From contig CAZHWD010000178.1 in NCBI GenBank assembly GCA_964536335.1, positions 7,945 through 71,944 on the forward strand: a DNA stretch of 64,000 nucleotides, in the 5' to 3' direction. This DNA comes from an uncultured Eudoraea sp. GTDB lineage: Bacteria; Bacteroidota; Bacteroidia; Flavobacteriales; Flavobacteriaceae. Below are positions 59,240-64,000 of the stretch, piece after piece. The notes under the pieces were generated by a model. The model did no database searches, was not told where the DNA came from, and saw only the letters and a program-made list of their open reading frames with translations. Each line of letters starts with the position of its first letter. Within the stretch, counting starts at the first letter, position 1. A program made the position numbers and the translations under genes.

Positions 59240-59879
59240 GAATTATACTGATTTTGCACTACAGATAGCAAAAATAAAAAAACTACCTCTTCCGGGGACA
59301 TCTTCACACTATAAAATGGCTCCACAAATTCGTATTCAGGAGTTAAAGGCTATGAAAAGGAAGGACGCAAATCCCAAAAAGGCAGGTGTTGTCGCCTTAT
59401 TTTATCCTGATGAAAGACAGTTAACAAATCTATTACTCATTCTCCGTAATACCTATCCCGGGGTACATTCCAATCAAATTGGATTTCCTGGAGGGAAAGC
59501 TGAAAAAAAGGATAAAGATTTACTCGAAACGGCTTTACGCGAAACGCATGAAGAAGTTGGTGTAAGACCAGGGGATATTCAAATAATAAGATCTATAAGC
59601 GAAATTTATATACCGCCAAGCAATTTTGAGGTACGTCCCTATATAGGATTATATGATAAAAGACAACCTTTTGTAAAACAACAAGATGAAGTTGAAGAAT
59701 TAGTTGAGGTACCTCTGATTGAATTTATGGATGATTCTAAAATGATCACTCAGTTTCTAACAACTTCTTACGCAGAAAATATAGAGGTACCTGCCTTTAA
59801 ATTAATGGGTTATACTGTTTGGGGAGCAACGGCTATGATGCTTAGTGAAATCAAAGAACTTTTCAAACAGGTGTTATAA
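59238..59879 (+). CDS. Nudix hydrolase, CoA pyrophosphatase-like
   Basis: HSNQIGFPGG...TALRETHEEVG Nudix box, VWGATAMML; ATG 59238 preferred over GTG 59067. Confidence 0.88.
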   Translation: MNYTDFALQIAKIKKLPLPGTSSHYKMAPQIRIQELKAMKRKDANPKKAGVVALFYPDERQLTNLLLILRNTYPGVHSNQIGFPGGKAEKKDKDLLETALRETHEEVGVRPGDIQIIRSISEIYIPPSNFEVRPYIGLYDKRQPFVKQQDEVEELVEVPLIEFMDDSKMITQFLTTSYAENIEVPAFKLMGYTVWGATAMMLSEIKELFKQVL

Positions 59880-59904
59880 GGCATATTTTGTAGTTTTGTA
59901 AACT

Positions 59905-60708
59905 ATGGGGTTATTTAAGGAAAATCCATTTGGACACATTTTATTTCTAAAGAAGTGGTTAATTCGAAGTTTGGGACTAATCACCCATCAGCGCTATAAA
60001 GGTTTTAATACTCTTGAAATAGAAGGTTCTGAAATAATCCGAAATCTTCCGGATAAGAACGTATTATTTGTAAGTAATCACCAGACCTATTTTGCTGATG
60101 TAGTTGCAATGTTCCATGTATTTAATGCTAGTTTACATGGCAGGGATGATTCTATAAAAAACATAGGGTATTTATGGAATCCCAAATTGAATATTTACTA
60201 TGTTGCCGCAGCTGAGACCATGAGAAAAAGTCTCTTAACAAAAATGTTTGCTTATGTAGGTTCCGTGAGTATAGAAAGAACATGGCGTGCTGAAGGACAG
60301 GATGTCAACAGGCAGGTTAAGATGAGTGATATTTCAAATATTGGAATGGCGCTGAAAGATGGCTGGGTCATCACTTTTCCGCAGGGGACAACTACTCCAT
60401 GGAAGCCTCTCCGAAAAGGGACTGCTCATATTATTAAAAGGTACAAACCTGTGGTAGTACCGGTGGTTATAGACGGTTTCAGGAGATCGTTTGATAAAAA
60501 AGGACTATTAATTAAGAAAAAGGGGATTCTACAGTCATTGGTTATTAAAGAACCATTAGAGATAGATTATAACGATGAATCTGTTGATTCCATAATAGAG
60601 AAACTTGAATATGCCATTGAACAACATCCTTCATTCCTCAAAGTAATTCCCAAAAAGGAATTGCTGGCTTATGAAGAAAAAAACAAACAACGTAAATGGA
60701 GAAGTTAA
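59905..60708 (+). CDS. Lysophospholipid / 1-acyl-glycerol-3-phosphate acyltransferase family protein
   Basis: NHQTYFAD and FPQGT motifs. Confidence 0.88.
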   Translation: MGLFKENPFGHILFLKKWLIRSLGLITHQRYKGFNTLEIEGSEIIRNLPDKNVLFVSNHQTYFADVVAMFHVFNASLHGRDDSIKNIGYLWNPKLNIYYVAAAETMRKSLLTKMFAYVGSVSIERTWRAEGQDVNRQVKMSDISNIGMALKDGWVITFPQGTTTPWKPLRKGTAHIIKRYKPVVVPVVIDGFRRSFDKKGLLIKKKGILQSLVIKEPLEIDYNDESVDSIIEKLEYAIEQHPSFLKVIPKKELLAYEEKNKQRKWRS

Positions 60709-61349
60709 ACCTCCAACTTTTTTAATTCTTTGTAATTTTTTCGAAGTCTGCTTAGGAGTATTCCATAAAGCAGTTTATAGAAAAACCAGATTAATATCAG
60801 TACAATGGCGATGGCCACAAGAACCATCCCCATTAGCATTACCCAAAAAATCACTTCATTTCCGGCCTGTGTAGCAGCTTCCTTAATTTTATCACTGCTT
60901 TCACCATAGTTCAAATTACCATACAGACTTACAATTAAGTATGCGACAAATATTCCTATATTAAACCAGACATATTGGGTGACTGTTCTTTTGACATTTA
61001 AGATGGTCTTCATTAATTTTTTTGAAGATTCCGTTAAAGAGATAAGTTTGTAGTTGGTGTAAAATTTATAAATAAAATATATTAATACGATATAATTTAT
61101 GATTGTCAAGGTAGTCGTAATTTCATAAATATGCCAGGTCTTTTCAAGCTCCAAGGATTCCTTACTGTAGGAAATTAAATTAAGAACCGCCCAAAAGACA
61201 AATTCAATTATACTTATGTAAAAGATCCATTTAACAGTGGATGACGACTTCTTTTTAATCATCCCGTAGATTTCGTCATATGACAATTTAGGATGGTGTT
61301 CCTCCTTTTTTTGCCAATCCTTCTTTAGTAATTCTAATTCATCCATCAT
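60705..61349 (-). CDS. Four-TM hypothetical protein downstream of an ECF sigma factor, candidate anti-sigma
   Basis: MDELELLKKDWQ N-terminus, four hydrophobic segments, 4 nt after the sigma gene. Confidence 0.6.
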   Translation of the reverse strand: MMDELELLKKDWQKKEEHHPKLSYDEIYGMIKKKSSSTVKWIFYISIIEFVFWAVLNLISYSKESLELEKTWHIYEITTTLTIINYIVLIYFIYKFYTNYKLISLTESSKKLMKTILNVKRTVTQYVWFNIGIFVAYLIVSLYGNLNYGESSDKIKEAATQAGNEVIFWVMLMGMVLVAIAIVLILIWFFYKLLYGILLSRLRKNYKELKKLEV

Positions 61350-61353
61350 AACC

Positions 61354-61848
61354 TTAGGGATTAAGTATGGTTCTAAGTTTATTCTTAACGCGGTTCATTT
61401 TCACCCTGGCATTCACTTCACTAATTCCCAATGTCTCAGAAATTTCACGGTAATCTTTGTCTTCCAGGTAAAGAAAAACCAACGCTTTTTCAATATCCCC
61501 CAGCTGACGCACTGCTTTATACATTAACTGAAGTTGTTGTTCCTCGGTGGCATCATATTCGTCTGTTTTAATTTTAAAAATAACTGAATCAAAATCTTGT
61601 GTTTTTATACTTTTTTTCGATTTCCGATACAGCGTTATAGCTGTATTTAACGCCACTCTGTACATCCAGGTACTGAATTTGGAATCTCCTCTGAATTTTG
61701 GGTATGCTTTCCATAGCTGTATGGTTATTTCCTGAAAAAGATCATTGTGTGCTTCCCTGTTTGTGGTGTATAAACTACATACCTTGTGAACAATATTCTG
61801 ATTGTTCTCAAGTTCTGTAACAAATTTGTGCTCCAGTTCTTTGTTCAC
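61354..61848 (-). CDS. ECF RNA polymerase sigma factor
   Basis: DLFQE..IQLW, FSTWMYRVALN, YREISETLGISEVNARVKMNR; GTG start. Confidence 0.92.
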   Translation of the reverse strand: MNKELEHKFVTELENNQNIVHKVCSLYTTNREAHNDLFQEITIQLWKAYPKFRGDSKFSTWMYRVALNTAITLYRKSKKSIKTQDFDSVIFKIKTDEYDATEEQQLQLMYKAVRQLGDIEKALVFLYLEDKDYREISETLGISEVNARVKMNRVKNKLRTILNP

Positions 61849-61979
61849 GCTTCGGTTGGTAGTAAATTATCTATTAGTAGGTTTAATTGCAGGATTGTTA
61901 CAAGCTTTCTCACTAAATGGAAATATATTTTTTCCAGAACATAAGAAACCTTCATTTGGTAACATCAATTATAAGTTTG

Positions 61980-63407
61980 TTATTTTCTGTAGTCCAGGGC
62001 AGGTGACCTGTCGCCCAATAATGGTATATAAACAAAATCTGCCCCTCTTCGTTCTAAAAATTCAGCTTTCGCCTGATTAATTAATTCCTGGTTGGCCAAC
62101 AGATCTATAGCAGTTAGTGTCAGGGTTTTTGCCGCGACCATCATTCCTTTTTTACCAATTGTTGTCCCGCCTGCGGCTACAGCCTGCCAGCTATGGGCAG
62201 ATGTTCCCGGCACCCAGGTTGCAGAACCCATCCCCACTGTAGGGACAGTAAAGCTTACATCACCTACATCTGTTGAGCCAAAAGCCTTGGCCTCCGTTTT
62301 ATAGGGTTGTATGCTTTGGGCGGTTTCTAAATCAGCTTTGTCATACCCCATTGTTTTTGCAATCTTATCTGCAAATACTATTTCTTCTTCCGTGTACGTA
62401 ATTCCCTGGACCTTAGTAAGATTGTCGTGCATTAATTTTTGTAAGGTCAGATTAGGTAAAAGTTCATGTGTACCTCCTATAAGTTCATAGTCCATCGTAG
62501 TTCCCGTGCCTAATGCAGCCCCTTGTGCAGCCTTGTCTATTCGATCAAAAATATTAAGCACCACATCCCTTTTGCCATGGCGGGCATAATAGTAAACTTC
62601 GGCAAAATCGGGCACAACATTAGGTGCTTTACCACCACTTGTAATGACGTAGTGAATCCTTGCTTTTTCAGGAATGTGTTCCCTCATCATATTTACCATT
62701 GCATTCATGGCCTCTACTCCATCGAGGGCAGAACGACCTTTTTCGGGAGAAGCTGCTGCATGGGCTGAAACCCCATAAAATCTAAATTTAGCGGATTTAT
62801 TGGCGAGCGCGGCACCAGCGCTTGCAGCATTCTGTGCCCCTGGATGCCAGTGTAAAGCTATATCTACATCGTTAAATAATCCATCCCGCACCATATATAC
62901 CTTACCTGATCCCCCTTCTTCTGCAGGACATCCATAAAATCGGATAGTTCCTTTTGTATTACTGGCGGTCATCCAGTCTTTTACTGCAATTGCAGCAGCT
63001 GCAGAAGCAGTACCAAAAAGGTGATGACCACATCCATGGCCAGCTGCCTTATCTGCTGATGCTCTCTCAGGAACTGCCTTTTGAGATAAGCCCGGAAGTG
63101 CGTCATATTCGCCTAAAATCGCAATTATTGGAGTGCCATCACCAAATTCAGCAATAAAAGCAGTTGGTATACCTGCAACTCCGTTTTTTATTGTAAAGCC
63201 TTCATCACTTAGTGTTTTTTGCAGTAAAGCAGAACTCTGGTCCTCTAAATATCCCATTTCTGCATATTCCCAGATAGATTGGGCTACATTAGAATAAGCT
63301 TCATATTTTTTATCCAATTCAATGAGGACTTCATTTTTTGTCTGTTGCGCCTTCAGCGAATAGAAACAAAATAGAATTAATGAAAATAATGAGACTAATT
63401 TGTGCAT
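61980..63407 (-). CDS. M20 amidohydrolase, p-aminobenzoyl-glutamate hydrolase subunit B-like
   Basis: GEYDALPG, GHGCGH, PAEEGG, GSTDVGDVS, HSWQ. Confidence 0.88.
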   Translation of the reverse strand: MHKLVSLFSLILFCFYSLKAQQTKNEVLIELDKKYEAYSNVAQSIWEYAEMGYLEDQSSALLQKTLSDEGFTIKNGVAGIPTAFIAEFGDGTPIIAILGEYDALPGLSQKAVPERASADKAAGHGCGHHLFGTASAAAAIAVKDWMTASNTKGTIRFYGCPAEEGGSGKVYMVRDGLFNDVDIALHWHPGAQNAASAGAALANKSAKFRFYGVSAHAAASPEKGRSALDGVEAMNAMVNMMREHIPEKARIHYVITSGGKAPNVVPDFAEVYYYARHGKRDVVLNIFDRIDKAAQGAALGTGTTMDYELIGGTHELLPNLTLQKLMHDNLTKVQGITYTEEEIVFADKIAKTMGYDKADLETAQSIQPYKTEAKAFGSTDVGDVSFTVPTVGMGSATWVPGTSAHSWQAVAAGGTTIGKKGMMVAAKTLTLTAIDLLANQELINQAKAEFLERRGADFVYIPLLGDRSPALDYRK

Positions 63408-63599
63408 GATCTATAAATTTTGTTTTAGGATAAATATAATCAAACAACATGCTTGAGGGATAATAAAATTTAAAAAATCATTGGACATGATAGGATAACT
63501 AAATAATTCGAAGTTGCTATTCATTAAATACAACCATATGGGTAGCAATAAGATGAGAATTGGGCCGTTTGAGAACTTAATGTAAAAGCATTGTAAGAA

Positions 63600-64000
63600 C
63601 TAGTTTTGCCTTGGATGAAATTTGTTCACCACGTCTGCCAGATGTGATCTATCTATATGCATATACACTTCTGTAGTGGTAATACTTTCGTGTCCTAACA
63701 TTTGCTGAATAGCACGTAAGTCGGCACCATTTTCCAATAAATGTGTTGCAAATGAATGTCTGAATGTATGTGGACTAATATTTTTTGAAAGATCAATCTT
63801 TATTGCCAATTGTTTGATGATGGTAAAAATCATAGCTCGGGTTAGTTGCTTTCCCCTCCTGTTGAGAAATAAAATGTCTTCATGCCCCTTCCGAATTTTC
63901 CGATGACTTCGTACTTCCCTTACATAAATGGTGATATACTTTTTATTAACATTACTTATGGGCACAAAACGCTGCTTATCTCCTTTACCGGTTACTTTTA
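63600..64000 (-). CDS. xerD: Site-specific tyrosine recombinase XerD, C-terminal part, runs off the window
   Basis: KVTGKGDKQRFVP, LTR, SPHTFRHSFATHLLENGADLRAIQQMLGHESITTTEVY, HPR; the frame is open to the window edge. Confidence 0.85.
   Translation of the reverse strand, partial: KVTGKGDKQRFVPISNVNKKYITIYVREVRSHRKIRKGHEDILFLNRRGKQLTRAMIFTIIKQLAIKIDLSKNISPHTFRHSFATHLLENGADLRAIQQMLGHESITTTEVYMHIDRSHLADVVNKFHPRQN

Noticed and set aside
63600-64000. Tyrosine recombinase as the integrase of the cassette array
   Set aside because: It lies 49 kb from the array, has housekeeping XerD motifs, and shows no IntI-type insertion in the visible part; a role in trans cannot be excluded

Overview
Chromosomal window from an AT-rich Bacteroidota genome, most likely Flavobacteriaceae. 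The evidence is TAnnTTTG -7 promoters, the guaA-LysM-osmC and DUF3820-pyrG-yidC blocks, bshC, fasciclin lipoproteins and xerD. The main unexplained structure is at 1.47-14.5 kb: 14 functionally unrelated genes on the minus strand, each followed by a complete or partial imperfect palindrome. These elements share the layout AAC-N5-stem...stem-N3-GTT, often extended as GTT-N6-AGTT. They resemble integron attC sites but have a non-canonical geometry, many have decayed cores, and no integrase lies next to the array. The rest of the window holds an OmpR-type two-component system facing a four-repeat lipoprotein, core housekeeping genes, two fasciclin genes, and an accessory block with a pair of His-rich TPR proteins plus SCO, DUF3500 and a PVC-type heme protein. 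No rRNA, tRNA, CRISPR array or IS was recognised. All calls come from reading the sequence and ORF track by eye; no searches were run.
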